Assembly (NCBI GenBank): GCA_036172245.1
Contig: JAYWIR010000007.1
Location: 1,860,001-1,924,000, forward strand
Direction of reading: 5' to 3'
Length of the DNA: 64,000 bases
DNA from: Raillietiella orientalis
Lineage: Eukaryota
The first letter of the stretch is position 1, and each line of letters starts with the position of its first letter. A model generated the notes under the pieces. The model did not search any database. It had not been told where the DNA came from and saw only the letters and a program-made list of their open reading frames with translations. This document shows, one piece after another, positions 37,601 to 48,900 of this stretch. Position numbers and translations under genes: made by a program.

Positions 37601-39965
37601 GAGCTGCACCTAACCTCTGCTTCCATCTTTTTTTCAGATGACGTCATGACTCAGTCGTTCACTGCAGGCGTTCCTGTCGGGCGCGGCCGTCGCAAAACTG
37701 ATATCCACCCGCTGACGCCAACCGGCAGCGGCGGCGGCGCCACCCGAGCTGTTGCGAGTTCTGTAAAAGGGACCATGAGTTCCTCAGGTAGGGCGTGCTC
37801 TATGGGCCGCTTGGATCGCAGCACGCTGCTGTCGTCGAGAACGCGACCGGGAGTCGCCGCCTGTAAGTCAAAGCAAGGTATAGTGGATCAGACAGTCACA
37901 GGACCCAAAAACGCCGTCAGCCTCATGCATCTGGCTGAACGCAGCAACCGCACCGAGCAGTTACGGCTTCGGTTGCGTCACTTTGAGAAGACAGAAGTCG
38001 ACCAGCAATCCGGTAAGGCCCGAAGGCTCTCCCGGGAATGATAGCATAAGGCAGACTCACTCTCAACAAATAGCGATCTTTTTTTTAAAAGAAAAAAAAA
38101 ATGATTTCTTTTTTCCCGTTTCGTTTGGCTGCTGCGGCGCTGTTGTTGTTGGTTGTTGATCTCTTTGTTGCCTTCCATTATGAGGTTTTGCAGCATCATT
38201 CCTCACCATCCCCTTCTCCCTCTTTCCGTGTCTCCAGTTTCGCGCTTCGCCGGTTCGCGCCTTTCGAGCGCCAACGCCTCCGCCGCCTCTAGCACGCCTT
38301 CTGGAAGTCTCTCGGTTGCAATTCGTCAGAACTCAGCGAAGAAGAGTCGTCCCCTCAGCATCGCCGGCACGGTTCCAGATGTACCGCCGCGCACTTCCCA
38401 TGCAGGTACGCCGGCGGTGCTCGCTGGATCCCCCGCTCTTTCTCGATCGACCTTTGCCTTTCTGCATCCCGTAGGAAGGGTTGCTCCCACCACCAGGGCT
38501 CCTGCCGTGCTCAGGAGGGAGGCAGAGAAGGTTGCCAAGGTTGGTTCTGCGTTCTTTGGGAGGGAGGGAGAACATGATCGCATCCGTGTGCCGTTTTTTC
38601 CTTGAAGGAGCTTCCAAGCAAGGAAAAGAACAGGAAGCCAGCGAAGCTCGCCCAGGCGGCGTCGCAACCAGAGGAGGAACCTGCGAAAGACAAGTCCGGC
38701 GGCGGAGATGGCGGCGGTGGTGGTGAAAGCGTTGCAGCACCTACTTCTGCTGTCTCTACGGCTCCCATTGTGGAGGACACGACTGCTCAAGGGGACACTC
38801 TAAAAGAAATGATGGTGGTAACGGCGGCTACGGTCAGAGAAGAAGGTGAGCGGCCTCGACGGCGACTACGAGACGATGGAACTGGACCCTTTTCCGCTTT
38901 CTCTCTGCCCCTCTCCTCCTCTTCTCTATCGAAATGTCCGTATTCTCAGAAACGGAATGCAAGAAGCGCATCGCTACCGAAGAGGAGGCCAAGGCCGCCA
39001 TAGCAGAAAAGCGTCGCCAAGCACGGCAGCAGGCGGAGAAGGAGGCTGCCGAGCAGAAGAGGTAGGAAAGATTTCGCGCACCTTCCCCCTCTCCCGTCGT
39101 CACGCCATCATGCCAAACAGACTCGAAGAGCAGGAGAGAAGAAGGGAAGAGGAGGAAAGGCTGCAGTTCGAACGGGAGATGGAGATGCAGAGGCAGCACG
39201 AGGAAGAACGCCTGAGGCAGGCTATCGAGGTGACCATACCTTCTATTCTCCTTCCTCGCCCCCTTTCCCTCTTCCTTGCGTTCCCCTTCTCCCCTTTCAA
39301 AGAAAGGATCGATTGCGGCGAGTGGATCGTGCGCGCCGTCTTTCAGGAGGCACAGAGGAAAGAGGAGGAGCAGAGGGCTCAGAGGGAAGAGGAGGCGCGC
39401 TTGCGCGCCGAGAAGGAGGAAGCGGACAGGAAAGCCCTCGAGGTAGCGGAGCAGCTCCGCAAAGAAAACGAGGAGAAGCTGCGGAAGGAGGAGGAGGAGC
39501 GGCTGGCCAGGAAGCAGGTGGGCTGCGCGCGCTGTTTTCCTTAAGACCCCGTGCCACGAGCTTTTTCCTCCCCCGCAGAGGGTGGCTGCTATCATGAGCC
39601 GCGCGCGGTCGAGGACGACAGCAACGGCGGCGTCCGAAACGGCACAGGTAAGACCTCCTGTCCCCGGCGCCACTCGTGCGTCTCGTTCCCAGCACAGTTC
39701 CCTTTCTTCCTCCCTTTCCTTTGAGCAGCAGCAGGACGAGGCAGCAGAGCTGATGTCGCCGTTGGAGCAGGCGCCGTCCGAGCTTGCGGAAGGAGAGCAG
39801 CAGCAGCAGCAGCCTATGTTGAATGGTCAAGCGAATGGACTCATCCAGGCGTCATCGTCTCCTCCTCTCGTCTCCTTTCCGGAGCCGATCACCATTCCCG
39901 GCGACAAGCTTCGCCCGCGAGACGAAAACGGCGTCGGCTTGGATTCGACTTCTTCTCTGTGCTAA
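28502..39965 (+). CDS. ens: Ensconsin / MAP7 (microtubule-associated protein, kinesin-1 activator), 14 core coding exons, ~800 aa
   Basis: Exons: 28502-28602, 36294-36461, 36565-36686, 36782-36912, 37071-37370, 37638-38012, 38238-38405, 38475-38539, 38608-38845, 38950-39061, 39121-39229, 39347-39517, 39579-39647, ~39729-39965. All phases are consistent. Motifs: N-terminal coiled coil DREDRIRVLREKQNEER...VFAFGSCTPRML, SMYEVFQW, RRKTD, RPLSIAG, and MAP7 domain TEEEAKAAIAEKRRQAR...RLARKQRVAAIMSRAR. Confidence 0.93.
31131..31205. repeat. Compound (CA)n(GA)n microsatellite
   Basis: Seen directly. Other (GT)n tracts at ~9837-9866, 33700-33722 and 51806-51837. Confidence 0.9.
33890..34584 (-). repeat. 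~695-bp inverted repeat, arm 1 (inside the MAP7 GC-AG intron)
   Basis: Reverse complement of 45222-45916. The ORF-track translations are mirror images with only isolated substitutions (PDWELS/PDWGLS; MECIM/MERIM). Confidence 0.97.
36294..36912 (+). CDS. ens: MAP7 exons 36294-36461, 36565-36686, 36782-36912 (N-terminal coiled coil to FAFGS motif)
   Basis: AENAQKFRIEQELGKRKKIEEL...RRNK | EREARLETKRRNERSSLVFAFGSCTPRML | ...KKRALSASGLDRK; canonical GT-AG introns. Confidence 0.92.
37071..38845 (+). CDS. ens: MAP7 central low-complexity exons 37071-37370, 37638-38012, 38238-38405, 38475-38539, 38608-38845
   Basis: SMYEVFQW; DDVMTQSF..GRGRRKTDI; GRACSMGRLD; SRPLSIAG; GT-AG sites with compatible phases. 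Confidence 0.8.
38950..39965 (+). CDS. ens: MAP7-domain and terminal exons 38950-39061, 39121-39229, 39347-39517, 39579-39647, ~39729-39965
   Basis: KRIATEEEAKAAIAEKRRQAR, an E/R-rich helix, RKQRVAAIMSRAR; stop TAA at 39963-39965. Confidence 0.9.
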
Positions 39966-40303
39966 TTAGATGACGATGATGACGCTTGTCGACAGTACTT
40001 TGGATCGCTTCGATGTAGTCTTCTTTGTGTTTCCCTCGCCATTCTGTTCGGCGCCCTCCCGCCGACGTCCTAGGAAAGACTTCCCCGTTGGATTCTACCT
40101 CCCCTCCCCTCCCCCTCCCCCCCTCCCTCCCCCTTTTGCCCCTACATCCTCCTTTGTTCGCCTGTCGCGGAATGTGCGCAGCAAGGGAAGCAGCAAGCAG
40201 CAGCGGTGCAGCTTCCTGAGCAGGAGCAACAGCAGCGTTGCTGCTGCAGCTCAAGGCTGTTCTTCCCATTCCCTCTTTTCTCCCTCCCCATCGTTACCTT
40301 GGA

Positions 40304-40309
40304 AATAAA
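40304..40309 (+). terminator. Candidate polyadenylation signal of MAP7
   Basis: AATAAA ~340 nt after the stop codon, in otherwise GC-rich sequence. Confidence 0.45.
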
Positions 40310-43243
40310 CTGAAGATTTACACGCCACTACCACATCCACACCCATCCACGCTTGCGTAGGTCACCACCACAGGCTGTTCTTGTTGTAAGGGAGAGAAGG
40401 AAGGAAAAAGGATCAGGGGTGTGTGGCGAAAGGAAGCAGGCGTGTCAGCGTAGAAGGGGGTCCGCGGTAGGCGCACTCAGGGCCGCAGCGCGAACGGCAT
40501 GGGAAGAGTTCGGGTTCCCCCCCCCCCCGTCCTCGCTGCTCTCTTCTCCACGACTTCTGGACTGAGCGATCCTCCTTCCACCTTTCACACCCGGTGCGCA
40601 GGCGGCAACCGACTCGAAAGGAAGGAAGGGATTCAGATGAGGGCAGACCGCCCCTGTCGCGAGGAGGGAGAGGAGCCCTCGCCCCGTCCCTCCGCTGTAT
40701 TGGCTCGTACTTGACAAAGGACGAAAAGGGGGTCAGATCTGGCAGATCCCTTTCCCTGAAAGCTTTGGGTGGACTTGGCGATCGCAAGGAGGTTGTTGCG
40801 GTTAGTTGCTCGGTTGGGGTGAGGGGGGATTCCAAGACTCGCGAAAGCTTCTGGACAGAAGCATCATCCAAGAGGGGACTTGCGAAGCCGTGAACTGAAC
40901 GCCCTTCCCTTTCCTGATGCGGTCGCACGGAAGCGTCGGAGCTGCCGAGCCCTGTCCGCACGCAAGAAACCGCGGCGCGTTTGCAACAAGTGGAACGTAG
41001 CGGTCGACTGCCGAAGACACGCCCGCCCATGTTCGTCCTCCAGCCTTACGCCAAGGGAACAACCTCCATGGAAGGCGGCTACTGACCTGGACTGGACGCG
41101 ACTCCGTCCCTCCTCGAGGGCTGACTGGCTGGCTGGCTGGCTGACGTGCACGGCGAGGCCCTCGCTGCGCGCACGCAGTCCATCTAAGGGGCTAAATTAA
41201 CGCACGGGAAGCGACGGCGCCCGGATCTGGTTCCGCGCGCACGCGTTGCTCCGCAACAGAGGGCCGCGCTTAGACTTCCTGTTGGCGCTCACTCGACTGA
41301 AGTCTCCGGGCGCACCGCGAGAGCGCGTCCGTCGGCCCAGCACGCAGGTGCCCGCGGTAGGTGGTGGGGGAGGCTCTCACGCGCGACGGCTTCGCAGCGA
41401 ATCGGGCAGTGAGCGAGGGCAGGCAGAAAACGACCTTGAGAGGGAAGCCATCGGCAAACATCATCCCAGGCCATGAGGAAGGAAGGGGGTAGCAGCATCC
41501 CAGCATCAGGAAGAGACTGGCAGCACGCGCGTGCCATGCTTGTCTTCCTATCGGGATCATGGAACCCCCGTGCTCCACGGCCGTGTCTCGCGCCTTCAGT
41601 GTGGCAAGCGTTAGCACACCCACAGGGAACTGACGGGCATCAACACTCGCAGAAACGGAAAGAAGCCGTTTCGGTGGCGGTCCTAGCAGCCTGACGCTGC
41701 TGAGATGGCAAAGGCACGGGCTGGTCCACCCACGCTCTTACGCAAGGCAAAGTGCATCTTTGCTCGGAAGAAGAAAGGTGGCACAGATGCTGCTGCCTCT
41801 ACGCGGCTGGAAGGAAGAAGCCGGCCACCGTAGCTGCGAGTAGTGGAGACGTCGTCTGCACCGATTGCAAGCCAGGAGGACATCGAGGTTGAGGAGGGGC
41901 AGGAAAGGCTCCAACTTAGCTGGCCGACTGTGTGCAGCAGCCCACGGTAAACTTCAGAATGGCAGGAGCCGTGTTGAAAAGTGCGATGGTGGAACTCTGA
42001 AGAGCATCTGGGCGGAGAGAAAGGAAGGAGCGTTTCGTTTGGCTGGGAAATGTGGAGAGGATGGCACGAGCACGTCCGCGCCCTTTCTGAAGTCGCCTCG
42101 CCTTGCAAAAGCTGCCTGTGCAGACCTCCTTCACGTCAGCCTCGGTCAAGGGGGGTCGTCGGAAGAATGGATCCTGGCTCTCGTGTATCTCCAGAGGCCC
42201 CATCTGTGGAGAACTTTCGTAATCCGGCGTGGTCTTCGCAGCTCGACTACTGGAGCTCCTGTGCGCACAGCTTCAAGATCAGGGATGCAGGCCGTGGGTC
42301 GACACGTCCACTCCGTAGGAGCTTCTTCCCCTCTACCCCGACGACGAGCGAATCGTTGCCGTCGTCGGCGACTCCAAGGGAGCTCCCGGGCAGAAGAAAT
42401 ACCCCTTCTGCAGGCTTTAGGGAAGGAGGTCCGATGTTTCCTCTCCTGGTCTACGCGAGGTGGTCATGCAGTTTGGCAGAACGGTGCCTTTGCCGATCCT
42501 TTCGCGCGGAGTAGCAGCAGCGATGCGGTCGGCCGGCAGAAGCGAGGGAAGAGAACCCAAAGCACGTACACTTCTCAAAAGATGGCACGGTCGCCATCGA
42601 GCCGGCGTTGCCTGTCCGCGAAGACGGGGATGCTAAAAGGGAAAACAGAGGACTGCGAGCGTTTCGCGCCTTTCACTTTGCTGTCACTTCTCTGATCTGT
42701 TAAGAAGGTGGTGGCCCTGCCTAGTCACGCCGGACCCTCTTTTCTTGCTCGCTCCTCATTCCAAACCGGTTGTCGTCCTGCCGTCGAATCCTTTGCTACG
42801 TAGGGCTGCGGAGTCTGGGGGAGGGGGGGGGGGGATCTGTTTGTTTTCTATCCTGCAAGATCGAAAGAACGATATCGATAGGAGTGTAGGATGCATCGAT
42901 ATTGACTGTAGGAGCTTTCCGTGGGAGAATTATGGAGCGGTGCGGATTAGTCTTGTTTATCTCCCGTTTTTTTTGTGTGTTCTTTTATCCTTTCTCGCGT
43001 AAGTATTGATTTTTGTGAAATCGCATCTGCTTGTGGAAGTTTTTATCGCGGTAATTCACGCGCGTTCTCCCGGACGTTTCCGCTTTGTCTTTCCGCACAT
43101 CCAGAACACCGAATTGCTCGTTGGTCAAAAAGGACTTTTTCCTGCCTTCATCAGTCGCATCGCCCGTGTGAGGCACTTTACCTGTGTGTTCCCTCCGAGG
43201 CAATCACTGCGACGACGGAATTCATTGAGTAATTCGGGTGATT

Positions 43244-43310
43244 GCGTAATTTTCTAGGAATTAGATTAAGTAGCGTCTGCGTAGTTTCTAGGAATTGATT
43301 AAGTAGTTTG
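43244..43310. repeat. Short imperfect tandem duplication (2 x ~33 bp)
   Basis: gcgtaattttctaggaattagattaagtag / gcgtagtttctaggaattgattaagtag. Confidence 0.8.
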
Positions 43311-43774
43311 TGTGAACTCTATCCGATCTGGATCCCATCGGTCAAGTGGAAAAGTAAGCTGGAGCCGGCTCTTCTTTTGCACTTCCCTTTTTTTTTTTTT
43401 TTTTTTTTTTTTTTCCCCTAGGCTCGTGTGCACCGATTACGCCCTGCCGCCTCCCCCACCCTCATCCCTAATACGGATTCGCGGCTTTTCCGAAGTCGTT
43501 TCGTGGTGTGTCTTCCGGCCGAATGTTCCTATTGCCTCCGTTCTTGACGGAGGTTTCCGCCACCAGTCAGGAAGGAGGATGACCCTGCGGACGCCGACCT
43601 TCTTCGAACGAAAGGATGCCTCGGCGCTCGCCCTGCCTCCTGTCAGGGGAAACAGGAATTCGCCAGCCTCGGGTGTGCCCGGGTTCCGCGCCCAGAATCG
43701 CTCCTTCAGTCGCCCTTGTGACTTTTTTGTTTTTTGTTTGTTTTTTTTTTACCGCAGCCTCGGACCACAGGAGC

Positions 43775-44680
43775 TTCTCGTGAGAATTTCTTGCCTGGAC
43801 ATCTTTCGGGTCTCTGGAATGGCCCTTGGCAAAGCCAAAGCAGCCCGTGCTAACGACAGGGTGGTGGTTCGCAAGCTGTCTCACTGTTTCAATGCTATTC
43901 GTCATGTTTTCAAATAAATCAGCTGTTGTCGTCGTTCTTGCTGTTTCACGGATTCTCTGCTCGCACAGGAGTTCGTGCCATTTCCAATAGCTGCGATAAA
44001 AGAAATCGCCATTTGCAAGGTGGTCCCTCCCGAATTACATTCATCTCCCTTGGTAACACGGATCATAATTTTGCCTGGAGCGATGACAAATGTGATTTGG
44101 TTTTGGAGATCCGGCGGGGAACTTTCGTCCATGCGCTTCTTTTACTCGATGTCGTGATCGCACCAGTGATGAAACACCTCTTCCAGTTGTGGAATTCTCT
44201 TCCGTTTCACGAAAGTGGATCCTCTGGCCGTCCGTCACGTCGAGCGGAACATCCGGCACGTCCGATCCGCGCCGCGCATCGATTCGGCCGGTGAATCAGG
44301 TGCTTCCATCTTCTTCGTTGGACAGCAATCAGCTTCGCTCGTTCGATTTTCCTTCGGACCGGTTTGGCCTGCTGCGAGCGGTGGAGTCGCTCCCTGCTCC
44401 GGCGGCCAGCTTCAGACACCTCGAGCCTCCGTCGACCCCGCAGGGACGCTCTCCACGGGAACCGGAACACCACAGGGACTCAACAGCTGGCTCAAGAGCT
44501 TCCTTTCCGCCCCCCTTTCAAAGGCGCTCTCCGAAAACAAGATTGATGATTTGTGGCGAAAGGAAATTTTGGCCTTTTTTTCCTAACGCTCAGCTGGAGT
44601 TGATGAGCAATCTCGCCAACTCCCTCCGACGGATCCATTAAAGTTCACTCGAGGATAACATTTCGTGCTCGGAAGGGGTG
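43775..44680 (-). mobile_element. Probable decayed mariner-like transposase relic
   Basis: Collinear minus-strand motif echoes across frameshifts: EIAHQLQLS (HTH), FITG, DIE*K, GSPKP...APGKIM (cf. GSP.PKK...SAGKVM), DHLANG, SQLLE, RCPGKKFS (cf. L.GKKFS). Confidence 0.4.
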
Positions 44681-45221
44681 AAAACGCCGAACTGACCCCG
44701 TCTAAGGAAGGCGCCGATTCCATCGATTCCCGGAACTCGGTTCCCGTGCGGCAGAGTCCGCGAACCGAGCCACAAGGCCCAAGTCGGGCCTCGGCGGCGT
44801 CCAGGCGGCCGGCGTCGACGGTGACTTTCGCTCATCAACCAATCACCCCCGTCGAGCACCAGTTCGCTTCTTGGAAAGGGAAAGCACGATCTCGAGAAGC
44901 AGTAACAGCAACGGAGGTCATCTGCTTGCCTGAAGAGTGGCTCCTTTGGCTGCACATATGCGAGCGGAAGCTGCATTGTCCCATGCGTGCAGCGCCGCTC
45001 GCGACCAGGTGATCTCGCCAGCGAAGGACTGTCTGTCACTTCTCATAGAGGGATGGGGGGGGGGGGGGAGAAAGGGGGGGAAGACAAGCGTTCACGTACC
45101 GACGTGTGCGTGCATTTGGTTTGCTCCAAGTGAAAGGAGGAACGCCGTGATGGTCTTCGTGCCAACTCCTCCACGAGAAAGGCGTACGTTTTCTGGGAGG
45201 GTGGCGGCGGCGGCTACCAGT

Positions 45222-45916
45222 AGAACGCATCGCGGTCCGGCTCTTTGGAACGCATCATGTCCACCAAGCTACGCTCTCCGCAGTCCCCTCTTTTCCGGTC
45301 GGTAAACCGTTGCGGGGACGGACCCATGCGCGTCTACGCAATGAACCCGCCGCTGCGGATGGACACGGCGACTTGGCTTGGTCACGGGACGCCAAGGGCT
45401 CCCACGCATCCTCCGCCGCCGCGAACCGACGACAAGGCGACGGCGGCATCCGATGCAGCCGCTCTTCCCTCCCTGAGCCTTCCCTCTCGGTGCAGTCGGG
45501 CGAAGCGGTCATCACGATCCCGTGCGACCGATATCCAGGCATTCCTCTAGCTCCGTGCAGTCCACCGCTCTTGCGCTCCGAGAGTCCCCAGTCAGGCCTC
45601 TTCTTTGTTTCGCAGCTGGCCGTCGGCCCACAGGCGAGGGGATAGTCACTCCATCGACCGCTGCTTCCACGTCCACCTCGACGGAGGCAAAGGCGCGGAT
45701 CTTTCGATGGATGGTTGGCATTTGAGGACTGCTGCCCCAAACAAGAGCTCACGTTCCGATGAGGCGAAGTGGCCTTCCGAGCCCCAAACGTCCGGAGCAC
45801 CGCAGAAGGGGAAAAAACACGCACACGCACGCAAAAAGCAACACGGAGCAACACACGCGTGGTTGCCAGGAAAGGTTGCCGGGAAGAGATGGCATGTCGA
45901 AGCCTCCGTACCGGAG
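45222..45916 (+). repeat. ~695-bp inverted repeat, arm 2 (downstream of MAP7)
   Basis: Reverse complement of 33890-34584; ends in hairpin GCCTCCG-TAC-CGGAGGC followed by AAAAGAAAAAAC. Confidence 0.97.
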
Positions 45917-48900
45917 GCAAAAGAAAAAACAAAACTTTGTGCGGAGAACTCCCTCACGTGGAGTGGGGGTCGAGAAGGGGCGGGAGAGGGTGGCGCTCAA
46001 GGGCAACGGGCCACTGCGGTGGACTTGAGAGAGGAACCAGCCCGACCGCCGGACATGGACAAGAGCGGCCGGATTGCAGGGACCGCTCGCCTCGAGCTGG
46101 CGTGCCTACCCGCCAAGAGGCGACGAGGGCGGTCCTATCGGGGGCGAACCAGCCCCCGCAATGCTCTTACACCGGGGGCCGTCACAGGGAAGAGCGGGAA
46201 AGGGGCCCTTCTCCCCTGGCTGCAGGAGACTCACAGGCTCCTAGTAGGAAGCTCCCAGCGCGGCACCAGACTCAAGGCTTCTCTCCTGCCGCCCTCCGAA
46301 AGCAGAGGGAGGGGCACCACCCTTTGCTTTCCTCAGAAAATGCGGACCTCCCAAGCTCTTTCGAGGTCACTTCTGAATTCCTACTCAGGACGGCGGGTCT
46401 TCCGCGGCCCACGGCCGCATCCCGACCCGTCATGCCTGCGCGCATCCCTTGGTACGGTTAAGGCGGCCTGCGCCTCCCGGTTCGCCAGGGCCATCGCGCC
46501 GGACCACTCCGATGCCTATAGGGACGCCGACGGGAGCCGCCTGACCAATGCGGAGACCGGAGGGTTTTGCGGTGCCTCGGCAGTTGATCCCGGAACCCGG
46601 TGCACCCACGACGACGTGGCGATGCAGACGGCGAGCTGCCGCCTCTGAGGCAGGAGTGGCGCAAACGGTTCGTTCGGGACGCCCTCCTCTGCTGGACCAT
46701 CCTACCGACCGGGACGCCCGACCAACCCCTAAGGGACATTCTTCCTGTGAAAAAAAAGGGGAGAGGCAATCCGAAGGGTCTTTATCTCTCCGTTCTTTCC
46801 TTTTCAGGAAGGAGATGCGGGAAGTGGGGAAGGTGAGCTTCGAGAGCGGAACGGAGTCACAGGGACAGGAGGAGCCCCAGTGTCGTCCACTCCCGCACGG
46901 CCACCCTCCTCTACCCCTCCGCACGACAGGCCGTCCAGCGTTTGCCCAGAGGAGGCGACCGCAGCGAGACGAACGAACCCCTACGTGCCGCTGGCGCCCG
47001 GCTTGCGTGTTCGGGGGGAGCTCGGTCGGGCTGCATCCATGGTGGGGCCACACGGAAGGGCAACTGCAGCCGCCGCCTCCGCCCCCCTTCCTTCCGGGAG
47101 AGCGAGGGGGATTGCATGAAAACGTAACGCAGGGCGTGGAGGGGGGAGTTGCCGACCCCGCCTCCATCGTCGTCCTGGAAACGAAGACCAGCCGCGACTG
47201 CGGGGCGAGAGTGAGGACTCCCGCAGCTCATGGAAACGCCCTCGAGATCTGAGAACCTACCGGAAGAGAGGAAAAACGGAATGGGGCAGCGGGAGGAAAG
47301 GGGTAGGGGGGTGGTTCATGCAGCCTTTCCTGGCCATGCAGTGATCTCCGTCCTCAAGTTGAAGGGGAAATTGGGGTTGAAGAAACGGGATCTCCACAGA
47401 TGGGACCACTGCTTCTCCTCTCTTCCTCCCTTTTCTTCCTCCTCTTCCCTTCCTTTTTCTCCTCTCCCTCCTCCCTTACTTCTCCCCTTCTCCTCCTGCT
47501 CTTCACCCTCAACCTACCCCACCCCCACTCCCCACTCATCGGTCGTCTCCTTCCCATCCGTTTTCTGTGACCGAGAGGTCTGCTACAACAACCGCTTTGG
47601 GGACCGGACGGAAAGCGACCCAGAGACCACAAGTACGAGGCATTCGCCTAAGAGGACGACCAGTGGGTGAGTCATCGACGACAGCGAGAGTGTGGTCCAC
47701 AGGAGGATGAGATGAACAAAGGTGCCTCCGAGCCTCTGGGACGAGCTGGGGGGTGAGCTTCAGGGAGACTGGGTGGAAGAGTGGGCAAGGAGGGAGCGCT
47801 CGTGGAGGCTCGTGCCCGTCCTGCCTTCTCCCTTCCCCCCGACCGCCGCCGCTCCACGCCTGTCCTTCGTCCAGCCTCCCCGTGCCCTCTCGGGAAGCCA
47901 TCCGGAGGGTCCCGCGAGGAAGGGGCCCTCGAGTAGGCGAAACCGATCGCCCAAACAGAAGAGACCAGACGTTCTCTCGCCGCTGTTTCTCTTTGACTGC
48001 GATTCCGGGCGGCCGCGTGGCGGCGGCAGCTCCCGGCTGACGACAGGCGACAGGGAGTCTCCGCTCGCTGAGGGGGCGGGGGAAGAGGAGGAGGATGTGG
48101 GGGAGGACGGCGCGCGCGACAGCACGTCCGGCTCTCTGAGTGCGCGTGGGCCGAGCACGGTTGGAGCGAAGCCGCCCGTCCGCCTAATCCTTCCGTAGGC
48201 GCGCAGGGCCTCCCCGTTTGCCACGCCTCCGCATCGATCGCCAGCCCGCGAAGGTCAGCAACGCCACCGCACGTGTGCGCCTCTCCTCGTCGGCGAGAGA
48301 GAAGAGGAGGAGGGAGAGGGGGGGGGTAGTCGTGCCGCCTCCTTTGTTCCCTGCTCTTGGGTTCGGCGCTCCAGCCCCACGGGCGCGCAGCAGCACCGCG
48401 GGAAAGCTGGAGCAGAGAAGCACTCCGGAAACCATGGCGACCGCCTCCCGTCGGGGGGTGCCGAGCGGAGGCTTCGCTCCTCGCCGCTTAATGCTCCCCG
48501 ACCCAATCACGCGGGACGTCTCTCGGGACCGCTGAAGAGGGCTTGGGAGAGGAACGGCCCTTGCCCTCGCGCCTCCTCCCTTCGGCCTATCACACGCTGG
48601 AACGGTCTGGGGCCCCCTCAGGGACGGGAGAGGGAGTAACGGGGATATTCCGGGAAAGCAAGGGGATTGCGTCGGGTGGGGGAGGGGAGGGGGGAGAGAG
48701 AGAAGGGAGTCCCTGAGTTTTTCCTCTCTCTCTCTCTCTCCCCTTGGCCGGGAGGGTCACGAGAGGTCAGCCGAGAACCGTTCCGGCATCGTTCCGAGGG
48801 GCCCGGCGCCGGAAGGAGGGCAGTCGATCCCGTCTAGCCCAAGCCCCTCGATCCTGTGGGTTCCGCAAGGTGCGTCCGAGGACGAAGGGAGGAGGCTGCG

